IMG/VR virus record: IMGVR_UViG_3300036861_000067 | Coordinates: 1 to 55,469 of that record | Origin: a virus | Taxonomy: Duplodnaviria; Caudoviricetes | Length of the DNA stretch: 55,469 nt | Strand: one strand, 5' to 3' | Shown here: piece after piece, positions 37,857-47,279 of the stretch | How the letters are laid out: every line of letters begins with the position of its first letter | Position numbering within the stretch: position 1 is the stretch's first letter | Translations under genes and position numbers: made by a program | Notes under the pieces: model-generated | What the model saw: only the letters and a program-made list of their open reading frames with translations | Database searches by the model: none | Told to the model about the DNA's origin: nothing

Positions 37857-37925
37857 TGCTTTTATATGGGTTGACTCTAATTGTCGTGGTGGCATTGGTC
37901 GGGTGTTTAATTGTGATTTGGATGA

Positions 37926-38432
37926 ATGGGGACAATGATGACGATTAAAATTTGTACAGTTGAAGGTTGCAATAGAAAATCAATGCGTCATGGTTTGTGT
38001 AATATGCACTCTCAGCGCGTTTACGCAGGTAAATCAGTTGGACCGGCCGAACCATTAAGAGCACCAAATGGAAGTGGGGACATCTCTAGCGGGTATAGGG
38101 TATTCGGAAAGAAGGCCGAGCATATCACTATCGCTGAAAAAGCGTTAGGACATGCACTTCCTGTTGGTGCAGTAGTGCACCACGTTAATGAAGATCGACT
38201 GGATAATAGACCAGAGAATTTAGTTATTTGCCAAAATCAAGCTTATCACGTTTTACTGCATAGACGGATGCGGGCTTTAGAAGAATGTGGTCACGCTGAC
38301 TGGATGAAATGTGAGTTTTGCCATCAATACGATACTCCTGAAAACCTTTACATAAGACCTAATAAATACGCAGGATTCCATCGTTCTTGCAGCGCAAAAC
38401 ACGCGAGGGATAAACGCAATGGAACGCTGTAA
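37926..38432 (+). CDS. HNH homing endonuclease
   Basis: VHHVNEDRLDNRPENL...YH..LH; Zn-ribbon motifs at both ends. Confidence 0.85.
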   Translation: MGTMMTIKICTVEGCNRKSMRHGLCNMHSQRVYAGKSVGPAEPLRAPNGSGDISSGYRVFGKKAEHITIAEKALGHALPVGAVVHHVNEDRLDNRPENLVICQNQAYHVLLHRRMRALEECGHADWMKCEFCHQYDTPENLYIRPNKYAGFHRSCSAKHARDKRNGTL

Positions 38433-39486
38433 AAGGTGTCTTATAGTTTCAACCCGGCCCGACACGGCATTTACTAATGGTGTTTGCAGCGCCTGTCTTT
38501 CCCACGACGCACAGCAAGCCATTGACTGGAAGGCCCGTAAAGATTGGCTGGTGAAAGTCCTTGAAAGCCAAAAGCCAAATGGCACCGGCTTTGATTGCGT
38601 CGTGGCTTCGAGTGGCGGCAAAGACTCCCATGCCCAGGTTAAGATCCTACTTGACATGGGTGTGCGCCCGCTTATTGTAACCGCGACGACTTGTTTTTTA
38701 ACGTCAATTGGCCGTATCAACATCGACAACCTGAAACGCTATGCTGCCACCATCGAAGTCACGCCGAATCAAGAAGTACGTGCAAAACTCAATTATCTCG
38801 GCCTTATGCTCGTGGGGGATGTTTCCTGGCCGGAACATGTGGCTATCTTTACGACGCCTTTACGCATGGCATCTGCTCTTGGCATCCCGTTGGTGTTCTA
38901 TGGAGAAAATCCGCAATCGCAATACGGCGGCCCGCCTGGAACCTATGACGCGATGCAAATGACCCACCGGTGGGTGAGCGAATTTGGCGGATTCCTTGGA
39001 CTTCGCCCTGATGACATGGTAGGCCAGAAGGGAATCACGAAACAGGATATGGCTGAATATCAATTCCCTGATGTCAAAGCCGTCAAGAAAGTGGGCTGCC
39101 AGGCTCATTTTCTTGGCCAATATCTGGGGCCATGGGATAGCCACCAGAATGCCAAAACCGCGATCAAGATGGGCATGGAATGGCGGCTGCCGTTTGCTGG
39201 TAACTGGTGGGCGCATGAGAACCTGGACAACGCCATGACCGGGATTCATGACTTCATGATGCTGCGCAAGTATGGTTTGAGCCGTGCTTGTCAGCAGTTG
39301 TCGGTGGACATCCGCACCGGTCGAATCAGCCGTGTCGATGCGTTGATGCATTTGACTGAGTTGGAAAAACAATTTCCCTGGGAGTATGCGCAAGTACCGA
39401 TTCGGGATGTGCTTGATCGGCTTGGAATCCAAATGAACGAGCTGAACAATATCATGGAGAAATTTACAAATCATGAAATTCTGTAA
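38419..39486 (+). CDS. N-acetyl sugar amidotransferase (WbuX-like, PP-loop)
   Basis: CKRC..TRPD..F..GVCSAC, SSGGKDS, YGEN. Confidence 0.85.
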   Translation: MERCKRCLIVSTRPDTAFTNGVCSACLSHDAQQAIDWKARKDWLVKVLESQKPNGTGFDCVVASSGGKDSHAQVKILLDMGVRPLIVTATTCFLTSIGRINIDNLKRYAATIEVTPNQEVRAKLNYLGLMLVGDVSWPEHVAIFTTPLRMASALGIPLVFYGENPQSQYGGPPGTYDAMQMTHRWVSEFGGFLGLRPDDMVGQKGITKQDMAEYQFPDVKAVKKVGCQAHFLGQYLGPWDSHQNAKTAIKMGMEWRLPFAGNWWAHENLDNAMTGIHDFMMLRKYGLSRACQQLSVDIRTGRISRVDALMHLTELEKQFPWEYAQVPIRDVLDRLGIQMNELNNIMEKFTNHEIL

Positions 39487-39709
39487 AGATTGCGATTATT
39501 ACCTGACAAATCCAAACAATAGTTGGGTAGAGCACAAATGCACCCATTCTGGTGCAGCAGATCCAGTAACCGGCGAACCGATGCAATGTTGGACCATGCG
39601 GCATGAAGCGCCAGCGCCAGGATTTCCGCCTAATTGTGGCTATCAAGCGATCTGGTTCAAGCCGAAAGCCCAGACAGCCCCCAACATCTACACAACCGGG
39701 GTGGATTAG
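39473..39709 (+). CDS. Small Cys-rich hypothetical protein
   Basis: CKDC...C...DPVTG...C..MR...CG. Confidence 0.6.
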   Translation: MKFCKDCDYYLTNPNNSWVEHKCTHSGAADPVTGEPMQCWTMRHEAPAPGFPPNCGYQAIWFKPKAQTAPNIYTTGVD

Positions 39710-39710
39710 A

Positions 39711-39911
39711 ATGTCTAGGCCGTTGGAGATGGTCGAACGGGTTAAATTCAATAAATATTGGAATTCATACCCGTATCTTGTGGCTTTGCCTGTTGAACAC
39801 CCGGCACGGGAGATTTGCTGGCGTGCTTGGTGGCGGCAAGTGAATGCTGATATGACGATTCGTGAATGGAATCGGGAACTGGTGAAAGCCAGCGAGTATG
39901 AATCCAGTTAA
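39711..39911 (+). CDS. Small hypothetical protein
   Basis: ATG 1 nt after the upstream stop; fills the operon. Confidence 0.45.
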   Translation: MSRPLEMVERVKFNKYWNSYPYLVALPVEHPAREICWRAWWRQVNADMTIREWNRELVKASEYESS

Positions 39912-40440
39912 AGACCGCACCGGGCGGGTGCTCGGCACCATGCTGTTCGGCCTATACCCAACAACCGTTGAGCGTGGTCATCAACGTTGGATGTTTCGTT
40001 GTGATTGCGGAAATTTGGTTGAGTGTGAAGGCGCCGCTGTCGGCCCTGGCCGTGGCCGGCGCAAGTCATGTGGCTGCAAGCAATTGGAAGTCCGCCAGAA
40101 ATTCCAGTACATAGAGCGTGTGCCATTGGATCTGTTCGGGTTCGAGTCCGGGCGGCTTACGGCGGTGGCCCTGGTGGGGAAAGATAAATGGAACAATAAC
40201 ACTTGGTATTGTGTATGCCGTTGCGGTGGTGAAAAGGTCATAGCAGCCTATTTTTTGCGGCTACATCGCAGTAATTCTTGCGGATGTCTGCAAGCTGAGG
40301 TACGGGTGCAGAATGCTTACCGTCTGGGTGAATGGCGGCGCGAGCATAGCCGCGCCTATGTAAATCCATTATGGAGTTTGTTTAATAAACCCTGTATCCA
40401 CGCACGCAAAGCCAAAAAGGTTAAAGGATATGCTGGCTAA
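39898..40440 (+). CDS. Protein with two Cys-rich endonuclease-associated repeats
   Basis: Two W.(F/C).C.CG...SCGC units; no nuclease motif seen. Confidence 0.65.
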   Translation: MNPVKDRTGRVLGTMLFGLYPTTVERGHQRWMFRCDCGNLVECEGAAVGPGRGRRKSCGCKQLEVRQKFQYIERVPLDLFGFESGRLTAVALVGKDKWNNNTWYCVCRCGGEKVIAAYFLRLHRSNSCGCLQAEVRVQNAYRLGEWRREHSRAYVNPLWSLFNKPCIHARKAKKVKGYAG

Positions 40441-41191
40441 ACGTATTATCCCCATTTTGCTTTATCGAAATGGTAATCTGGTCAAGGGTCAACAATTCAT
40501 AAGCGGGCGTGTGGTGGGTAATTGCCAACAAGCCGCCGAGATTCATCAGGCGCGAGAAGTCGATGAGCTGATCGTGTTGGATGTGGCGGCTTCACCAGCC
40601 AACAAGCCACCCGATTTCGCCGCCATGCGAAGGTTGACGCAATGCTGCTTCATGCCAATCACTGTTGGGGGTGGCGTAAGCGAGGTAAGCCACGTTAGAG
40701 ACTTGCTAGCCGGTGGTGCCGACAAGGTGGTAATCGGAACAGCGGCGGTAAAAGACCCTTTTTTTATCGCTAAATGCGCAGATAAATTTGGCAGTCAAGC
40801 GATTGTCGTTTCGGTTGACATCCTGGCATCTCGCAACAAGTGGATTCTCACCAGCAATTGCGGTATATGGCGGCGTGACCGGCATGATATAACCCCTCTG
40901 GATTTCATCAAGGATATGGTAAAGCGTGGTGCTGGTGAAATCATGATTAACAGCGTCAACCGTGATGGGATGATGAACGGCTATGATCTACGTTTCTTGC
41001 GGCGTGTCGTCAACGAGGTTGATGTACCAATTATTATTGCCGGTGGTTGTGGCTCTTACGCTCATATGCGTGACGCTTTACGCGTCGGCGCTGATGCTGT
41101 CGCGGCTGGCGCACTATTCCAATTCACTGATTGCACACCTAGAGGTGCTGCTGAATATCTCCAAAAGTACGGGATTGAGGTGAGACTATGA
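40430..41191 (+). CDS. HisF-like cyclase of the WbuZ/HisF2 acetamidino-modification type
   Basis: KRIIP, VDEL..LD, PITVGGG, GADKV, GAGEI, DG...GYD; next to WbuX in a sugar cluster. Confidence 0.85.
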   Translation: MLAKRIIPILLYRNGNLVKGQQFISGRVVGNCQQAAEIHQAREVDELIVLDVAASPANKPPDFAAMRRLTQCCFMPITVGGGVSEVSHVRDLLAGGADKVVIGTAAVKDPFFIAKCADKFGSQAIVVSVDILASRNKWILTSNCGIWRRDRHDITPLDFIKDMVKRGAGEIMINSVNRDGMMNGYDLRFLRRVVNEVDVPIIIAGGCGSYAHMRDALRVGADAVAAGALFQFTDCTPRGAAEYLQKYGIEVRL

Positions 41192-41670
41192 GATTTGAAC
41201 CTGTTCACGCTGGAACCTTGCGCCATGTGATGGCGCTGTATTCCCTCTTGCAAGAGCGTAAAGTGGAGATAAATATTTCTCATAAGAAAATGCCGACCTA
41301 CGAGGAACACGTCGAATTTGTGAAATCAGATCCCTATAAGGCTTGGTATATCTGCACCATGGCAGATGAAGTCGTTGGTTCGGTATATTTGACCCATCAG
41401 AACGAAATCGGGATCTTTGTGTTCAATCGGTATCAGGGGATAGGCTATGGGCGGCTGATGATCGAACAGTTGCGCCAACTGCATGATGGCCCGTTCTACG
41501 CCAACGTGAGTCCGAAGAATGCGGCATCGCAAGGTTTCTTCACACATCTCGGTGCCAAGCAGATCCAGGTGACATATGAGCTTTCCGAAAATTATAAAGC
41601 GCCTAGAAATTCAGGGTATGCCGATGAAAAAGATGTACCCGGATTTACTAAACGGGGTTCTCTACCATGA
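41188..41670 (+). CDS. pseH: GNAT N-acetyltransferase (PseH-like)
   Basis: YEEH..F, QGIGYG acetyl-CoA motif, N.ASQGFF..LG. Confidence 0.65.
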   Translation: MRFEPVHAGTLRHVMALYSLLQERKVEINISHKKMPTYEEHVEFVKSDPYKAWYICTMADEVVGSVYLTHQNEIGIFVFNRYQGIGYGRLMIEQLRQLHDGPFYANVSPKNAASQGFFTHLGAKQIQVTYELSENYKAPRNSGYADEKDVPGFTKRGSLP

Positions 41671-42665
41671 ACTTTCCTAAACCGTTTATCGTAGCTGAAA
41701 TCGGAGCTTCACACAATGGCAGTTATTCAAATGCTATACGGCTCATCGAAGCGGCTCATGAAGCTGGCGCGGACGCTGTCAAATTCCAAACCTACCTGCC
41801 TGAAGAAATTGCGGTTGATGTACCAATTGTTTCGGGGCCGTGGGCTGGACGTTCCTATCACGATTTATACAGTGAAGCGGCCATGCCCTGGGTCTGGTAC
41901 GAAACACTATTCGGCCATGCGCGGAAGTTGGGGCTGGTCCCCTTCGCCACACCATTTTCGGAAGCCGCCGTCAAGCGGCTGGAAACCGTTTACTGCCCGA
42001 TTTTTAAAATTGCCAGCAGCGAAATCACGCATCTACGGCTTATCGCGGCTGCCGCCAAAACGGGGAAGCCGTTGATTATATCAACAGGCATGGCTTCGCT
42101 TGCCGAGATTCTGGCCGCCAGGAAAGTCGCAAAAGACAACGGCGCGACGCAAATCACCTTCCTGCATTGCATTGCCGCCTACCCGGCGCAGCCAGAAGAT
42201 TTCAACCTGAACAACTTGGTGTTCATGAAGCATGCCGGTCTGAACATCGGCTTGTCAGATCATAGTCCTGGCTGGGTGACTGCTGTGGCCGCCGTGGCGA
42301 TGGGTGCAATGGTGATCGAGAAGCACTTAGTATTGGACCGGGCAAACGGTGGACCTGATGCAGCATTCTCGCTGAATCCACATGAGTTTGAATCTCTGGT
42401 GTGGGCTTGCCGTACCGCCTATGCCGCGCTGGGTGGCAAGCCGATGTTTGGTGTTCATCCTGCTGAAAAAGACAGCGAACAATACCGCCGTTCGATTTGG
42501 GTGGTGAAACCGATGAAAGCCGGGCAAGTGATTACCGAATCTGATGTGGCTATCCTTCGGCCAAATTATGGGCTACCGCCAGCAGAATGGGATAAAATCA
42601 TAGGGATACCCGTAACACAGGATATAGAAGCCGTTACACCACTTGGCTTGGAACACTTTAGATAA
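41667..42665 (+). CDS. pseI: Nonulosonate synthase (PseI/NeuB family) with SAF domain
   Basis: AEIG.SHNG, KFQTY, KIASSE, STGMA, GLSDH, IEKH, DAAFSL, RP..G. Confidence 0.88.
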   Translation: MNFPKPFIVAEIGASHNGSYSNAIRLIEAAHEAGADAVKFQTYLPEEIAVDVPIVSGPWAGRSYHDLYSEAAMPWVWYETLFGHARKLGLVPFATPFSEAAVKRLETVYCPIFKIASSEITHLRLIAAAAKTGKPLIISTGMASLAEILAARKVAKDNGATQITFLHCIAAYPAQPEDFNLNNLVFMKHAGLNIGLSDHSPGWVTAVAAVAMGAMVIEKHLVLDRANGGPDAAFSLNPHEFESLVWACRTAYAALGGKPMFGVHPAEKDSEQYRRSIWVVKPMKAGQVITESDVAILRPNYGLPPAEWDKIIGIPVTQDIEAVTPLGLEHFR

Positions 42666-43180
42666 TGGCTACTGAATACCATCCTTCAATGGCGGGCCGG
42701 GTACGCGATCTTTGCTACCTGGGCGCGACCAATGCCGAGATAGCCCACTTGCTTGGGGTGGGTCTCACTACGCTCGAAAAATGGCGTGAGGAATACCCGG
42801 AATTCGATTATGCCTGGAAAGATGGCAAGTCATATGCCGATGCAAAAGTCGCCAAGTCTTTATTCAAGCGGGCTTGTGGTTATACTACGACCAAGTGGAA
42901 AGAAACCAAGGATGGCACTTTCACTGAAGAAGTTCATGTTGCGCCGGATGTTGGCGCCTGTATCTTCTGGCTGACAAATCGCCAACCTGACCACTGGCAA
43001 CAGAAGATAGAGCACACCGGGCAGAACGGTGGGCCGATTCAGATTGAGCAAATGTCCGAGGTGGAAATTGCTAGGCGTGTGGCCTTTGCCCTGGCAAAAG
43101 CTGCCAATATCATTGAGTCAGAGCCTGTAAAGGAGATTGAAAATGGCAGCAGTTCTACGAGGGAAGCCGAGCAGCCGTAG
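42665..43180 (+). CDS. Terminase small subunit
   Basis: HTH GATNAEIA..LGV..TL..W, ADAKVAKSLFKRA.G, FWLTNRQP..W, EHTG..GGPI. Confidence 0.8.
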   Translation: MATEYHPSMAGRVRDLCYLGATNAEIAHLLGVGLTTLEKWREEYPEFDYAWKDGKSYADAKVAKSLFKRACGYTTTKWKETKDGTFTEEVHVAPDVGACIFWLTNRQPDHWQQKIEHTGQNGGPIQIEQMSEVEIARRVAFALAKAANIIESEPVKEIENGSSSTREAEQP

Positions 43181-43529
43181 TTTTGGCTCAGTGGATATAA
43201 CCACAGCGGCTGATGGTTTAAGCGATGTGGTGAATCTGACCGGGCTTACACTTTCAGCCATGCAAACTTCTACAGATTGGTCGGCTGCCGTTATCGGGTT
43301 CCAAGGTAACGTTGACGGGTCCACCAACTACTACAATTTCTACGACAAAGACGGCAACCTCTATTACCACACAGTTGGTGCAAACCGGATGGTTATCTTT
43401 GATCCCGCCGTGTTTGCTGGCGTGCAAACCCTACGTTTGATTAGTGAAACGACAGCCGGCGTGGCCGTAGCGCAAGCCGTGGTTCGCACCATCAAGTTGG
43501 GCCTTTCCGAATATGTGATTGCAGACTGA
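43143..43529 (+). CDS. Small beta-rich protein, possibly structural
   Basis: AAGGAG RBS; FQG..DG motif. Confidence 0.6.
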   Translation: MAAVLRGKPSSRSFGSVDITTAADGLSDVVNLTGLTLSAMQTSTDWSAAVIGFQGNVDGSTNYYNFYDKDGNLYYHTVGANRMVIFDPAVFAGVQTLRLISETTAGVAVAQAVVRTIKLGLSEYVIAD

Positions 43530-43540
43530 GGGTTGATGTC

Positions 43541-43684
43541 ATGCCTCTTTATCACGGGAAAAAGAACATTGGTCGAAATATCGAAACACTAGTTAGCGAA
43601 GGACGACCGTTGGATCAATCGAAAGCTATCGCTTTACGAAAAGCTGGTGTGCCCCGTAAGGCACCACAGAAGAAAAAGAAGTAA
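43541..43684 (+). CDS. 47-aa basic phage protein (not in the ORF track)
   Basis: MPL..GK...NI.....EG....Q..AIAL.KA pattern common near terminase genes. Confidence 0.6.
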   Translation: MPLYHGKKNIGRNIETLVSEGRPLDQSKAIALRKAGVPRKAPQKKKK

Positions 43685-43738
43685 CCTCGCGCCCGAAGGT
43701 TTCGGCGGCCATTTAGCATAAGCATAGGAGTTAGCATC

Positions 43739-44215
43739 ATGGCATATGGAAACAAAATCACCACGTCCAAGCATGGTCGGCGACTTGGCTTGCAGCGCAT
43801 GTCCACCGCAGAAACGGGTGGCGCTGCTGCAAGTGAATTCCTAGTCGGACCGGATGACACCCGTGTTGGCGTCACTACCGCCGAAACGACTTCCACCAAC
43901 GTAAAAGCCTATGGCTTCAGCGTATTGCCTGGCACCAGTGCGGCATCCAGCGCGGTATATACACTGGAACCGCCGATTCCCGGCGTGCGCAAGGTCATCG
44001 TTGGCAGCACAGATAACGGTCCGGTCTTCATCAAAACCGCAAATGCGGAAACGATTGTTTCGACTTTGGGTTCTTCGCATACCACTGTGAAGGTTTCCAG
44101 TGTCGGGGGTTCGTTTGAATTGGTCGGCATAACGACTGCCCGTTGGGCCTCTCTCGGTCTAACCAGTGGCACTTCGTCGCAGGCCAGCGGTTTTGTCCTG
44201 ACTACTTCGACCTAA
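43739..44215 (+). CDS. Ser/Thr-rich protein, possibly structural
   Basis: AGGAG RBS; followed by a terminator. Confidence 0.65.
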   Translation: MAYGNKITTSKHGRRLGLQRMSTAETGGAAASEFLVGPDDTRVGVTTAETTSTNVKAYGFSVLPGTSAASSAVYTLEPPIPGVRKVIVGSTDNGPVFIKTANAETIVSTLGSSHTTVKVSSVGGSFELVGITTARWASLGLTSGTSSQASGFVLTTST

Positions 44216-44220
44216 TGGAC

Positions 44221-44244
44221 ACCGGGGAGAAATCCCCGGTTTTT
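44221..44244 (+). terminator. Rho-independent terminator
   Basis: ACCGGGGA-GAAA-TCCCCGGT followed by a T tract. Confidence 0.7.
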
Positions 44245-45184
44245 GTGCATGACTCCTGCTGAAATCAAGAGAATCTTCTTTAACTCCGAAGCCGAGAATG
44301 TCTGTCTGCTTGGTTCCGCGCCGGCATCGTTGCGCCTTGCGCCGTTCGGCAACGCCAATTGGGCAATGATTGGTTGTAGCCCTGGTGTGTACGGCGTAGC
44401 GCCGCGCAATGAGGCTTGGGTGGAGCTTCACCGGTATGAACCCGGCCAGCCGTGGTTCAGTCCTGAATATTGCCAATTCCTGATTAACTATCCTGGCCCG
44501 GTCTGGATGGCCGAGAAGCGTCCCGAGATTAAGAACTCGGTTGAGTTGCCGCTGGAAATGCTGATCCAGAAGTACTCGCCGTATTTCTTCTCGTCGTCGC
44601 TGGCCTATATGATGGCCATGGCTATCGAAGCACAATTCAAGAAGATCGCCCTGTTTGGTGTAGACATGGCCGCCGCCACGGAATACAAAGACCAGCGTTT
44701 GGGCTGCCAGTATTTCGCAATCATCGCCCGCGCTCACGGCATTGAAGTGGGGGTTCCACCCGAATCCGATCTGTTCCGTCCGGCGCCGCTGTATGGTGTG
44801 AGCGAGACATCCCATGCCAGGATCAAATTCCTGGCACGGCGGCGCGAGCTGGAATCCCGGTTGGCTGAATGCCTGCAAGGACAGGCACAGGCTAAGGACA
44901 CCAGCCTGTTCTTGCGCGGTGCGCTGGAGGATCTGGAGTGGGCGGAAATGGATTGGTTGGGCAATGTCGATGGACCATCCAACGGCTTCCTGTCGCCGCC
45001 CATCGTGGCCGCCATGCAGCAGTATAACTTCACGATGACACCAGAGCCTGAGCAAGATCCAGTGAGTCGGGCTTACGGTGGTGATTTTATAGCCGCTGGC
45101 CGTGTCGGTGAAGTGGTTTGGACAGTTAAAGACGGAGAACCAGTTGAACCTAGACCAGATGGTAGCCCTCTTAGCGAAAACTGA
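44243..45184 (+). CDS. Putative glycosyltransferase, sialyltransferase/Maf-like fold
   Basis: VCLLGSAP, SSSLAYMMAMAI...FKKIALFGVDM motifs. Confidence 0.5.
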   Translation: MCMTPAEIKRIFFNSEAENVCLLGSAPASLRLAPFGNANWAMIGCSPGVYGVAPRNEAWVELHRYEPGQPWFSPEYCQFLINYPGPVWMAEKRPEIKNSVELPLEMLIQKYSPYFFSSSLAYMMAMAIEAQFKKIALFGVDMAAATEYKDQRLGCQYFAIIARAHGIEVGVPPESDLFRPAPLYGVSETSHARIKFLARRRELESRLAECLQGQAQAKDTSLFLRGALEDLEWAEMDWLGNVDGPSNGFLSPPIVAAMQQYNFTMTPEPEQDPVSRAYGGDFIAAGRVGEVVWTVKDGEPVEPRPDGSPLSEN

Positions 45185-46706
45185 GAAAGGCACAATTGAT
45201 GAGGCCGTATCCATGTCCAAAGGCATGGCATGGATACCTTCGCCCGGTCCACAGACTGATGCCTATTTTTCCAAAGCCGATGTGCTCTTGTATGGCGGAG
45301 AGCCAGGGGGAGGTAAGACGAGTCTCGAAATCGGTTTATCTTTAACCGCGCATACTCGGTCCCTGATTCTGCGCCGACAATACACAGACTTGGGTGCGAT
45401 TGTCGAAGAAGCGATTAGATTCAATGGCACGCGCAAGGGTTACAACGGTAGCCCGCCGCCAAGCCTACGAACAGTAGATGGCCGATTCATTGAATTCGGC
45501 GCCGCCGCCAGAATTGGTGATGAACAGCACTGGATGGGCAACCCACACGATTTGATTTGCTTGGATGAGGCAACGCACTTTGCTGAAACGCAAGTGCGTT
45601 TCTTTATGGGCTGGAACCGTTCGGTAGATGTTGGGCAGCGATGCCGCGTAGTGCTCGCTACCAACCCACCGCTATCCAGTGAGGGTGTTTGGGTAATCGA
45701 AATGTTCGCGCCGTGGCTGGACCCACGGCACCCGAATCCAGCCAAGTTTGGCGAATTGCGATGGTACGTGACAGATGAGAATGGCCAGGATAAAGAAGTC
45801 AATGGACCAGAACCAACTTTGGTTGGTGAGAAACTGGTTACACCAATGTCACGCACGTTCATCCCTGCCGGTCTGTCCGATAATCCATTCCTGGTCAATA
45901 CCGATTATCAATCCCGGCTGGATGCGTTAACCGAGCCATTTAGATCGATTTTGCTGGGCGGCTTCCTCGCTTCCTTCAAGGATGCCGAAGGCCAATGCAT
46001 ACCCACTGCTTGGATCAAAGCTGCGCAGCAGCGGTGGCGCGAGCATCCGAAGCCACCTAAAGATGTGCCGATGTGTGCAATGGGTGTGGATGTGGCGCAA
46101 GGCGGCGACGATGAAACTGTGCTGGCGCCACGGTATGATGACTGGTTTGCTGAGATGATTACCAAGCCTGGACGTGAAACTCCATTGGGGCGTGACGTTG
46201 CCGGGTTCATTGTGGCCAATCGCCAAGATAGTGCCATAGTGGTTTTGGACATGGGTGGTGGTTACGGTGGTTCCACCTATGAGCATTTGGTAGAGAATGA
46301 AATAGAAGTGCGAGCTTATAAAGGCGCAGCTGGTGTTGAAACCCGCACCAAAGACCGTCAAATGAAATTCACAAATAAACGCACTGAGGCTTATTATCGA
46401 CTTCGTGAGGCTTTGGACCCGTCGCAGGAAGGCGGTTCAACGATTGCGCTGCCGGATGATCCGAAGTTGACCGCAGATTTGACCGCGCCTACGGTTAAGA
46501 CAACAAGGCGAGGGCTTGAGCTAGAATCCAAAGAGGATGTTTGCAAGCGATTGGGCCGTTCAACTGATCGTGGTGACGCGGTGGTAATGGCATTTTCCGA
46601 TGGTCCTAAATTCATTACTGATGGTGGAGTTTGGAAAGATAAGGCGGCGATGGGTTTGAAGGGCCGAACTCCGAAAGTCATTACAGCGCGAGATAGGAGG
46701 AAATGA
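45102..46706 (+). CDS. Terminase large subunit (true start may be TTG at 45144)
   Basis: YGGEPGGGKT Walker A, LDEATHF, ATNPP, GVDVAQGGDD, DRGDAVV. Confidence 0.92.
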   Translation: MSVKWFGQLKTENQLNLDQMVALLAKTEKGTIDEAVSMSKGMAWIPSPGPQTDAYFSKADVLLYGGEPGGGKTSLEIGLSLTAHTRSLILRRQYTDLGAIVEEAIRFNGTRKGYNGSPPPSLRTVDGRFIEFGAAARIGDEQHWMGNPHDLICLDEATHFAETQVRFFMGWNRSVDVGQRCRVVLATNPPLSSEGVWVIEMFAPWLDPRHPNPAKFGELRWYVTDENGQDKEVNGPEPTLVGEKLVTPMSRTFIPAGLSDNPFLVNTDYQSRLDALTEPFRSILLGGFLASFKDAEGQCIPTAWIKAAQQRWREHPKPPKDVPMCAMGVDVAQGGDDETVLAPRYDDWFAEMITKPGRETPLGRDVAGFIVANRQDSAIVVLDMGGGYGGSTYEHLVENEIEVRAYKGAAGVETRTKDRQMKFTNKRTEAYYRLREALDPSQEGGSTIALPDDPKLTADLTAPTVKTTRRGLELESKEDVCKRLGRSTDRGDAVVMAFSDGPKFITDGGVWKDKAAMGLKGRTPKVITARDRRK

Positions 46707-46707
46707 G

Positions 46708-46875
46708 ATGGCGCGTCCTAATGATGAAGGATTACCTGCAATTCTTGTAGGCACCTATGGCTTGAATGACAGCAGTAAAAAGCATAAGAAGAAATGGAAA
46801 TGGATTTCTAGGCAGCGTGGGCGGGCTGGTACTTTACTTAATGATGCAGGGATTTCTGAATTTTTAGGGGGCTGA
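46708..46875 (+). CDS. Small pre-portal protein (paralog 1 of 3; not in the ORF track)
   Basis: AGGAGG RBS; GTYGLN...RGRAGTLL...EFLGG. Confidence 0.6.
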   Translation: MARPNDEGLPAILVGTYGLNDSSKKHKKKWKWISRQRGRAGTLLNDAGISEFLGG

Positions 46876-46876
46876 T

Positions 46877-47278
46877 ATGTCCAGATTGTCTACCATTAAA
46901 CACGCGCAAGAACTCTACACATCAACCGGTGGGAGTGAATACAAACAGGGTGAAGCGAGGAAAGGTATGCTAGCTACGATTACAAGAGGGGAAGAATCAT
47001 TGGCCGGCGTAGATAGAATTGCCGGAAGCATGGCAAGAGCACGATTAGAAGAATTTGATAGATTGATAGCTCAAGGCAAATCCACTCCGGCTGCCGTTAC
47101 TGCGCCTGCTGCCGCTGCCGCAGCTCCAATAGCACAACCTACCAATGCTGAAACCATCACCGCTGGTGAAGTCGGCACCTATGGCTTGAATGCGACTAAG
47201 AAAAAATCCGCCAGTAGAGGGCGGGTAAGCACGATCTTGGGTGAACTTGGCGCGGCTGCCGAGACTTTAGGAGGTTGA
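46877..47278 (+). CDS. Small pre-portal protein (paralog 2 of 3)
   Basis: GTYGLN...RGRVSTIL...ETLGG. Confidence 0.65.
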   Translation: MSRLSTIKHAQELYTSTGGSEYKQGEARKGMLATITRGEESLAGVDRIAGSMARARLEEFDRLIAQGKSTPAAVTAPAAAAAAPIAQPTNAETITAGEVGTYGLNATKKKSASRGRVSTILGELGAAAETLGG

Positions 47279-47279
47279 C

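Noticed and set aside
40430-41191. Histidine biosynthesis gene hisF as an auxiliary metabolic gene
   Set aside because: Its context with WbuX and pse genes points to the sugar-amidation paralog, and no other his genes are present
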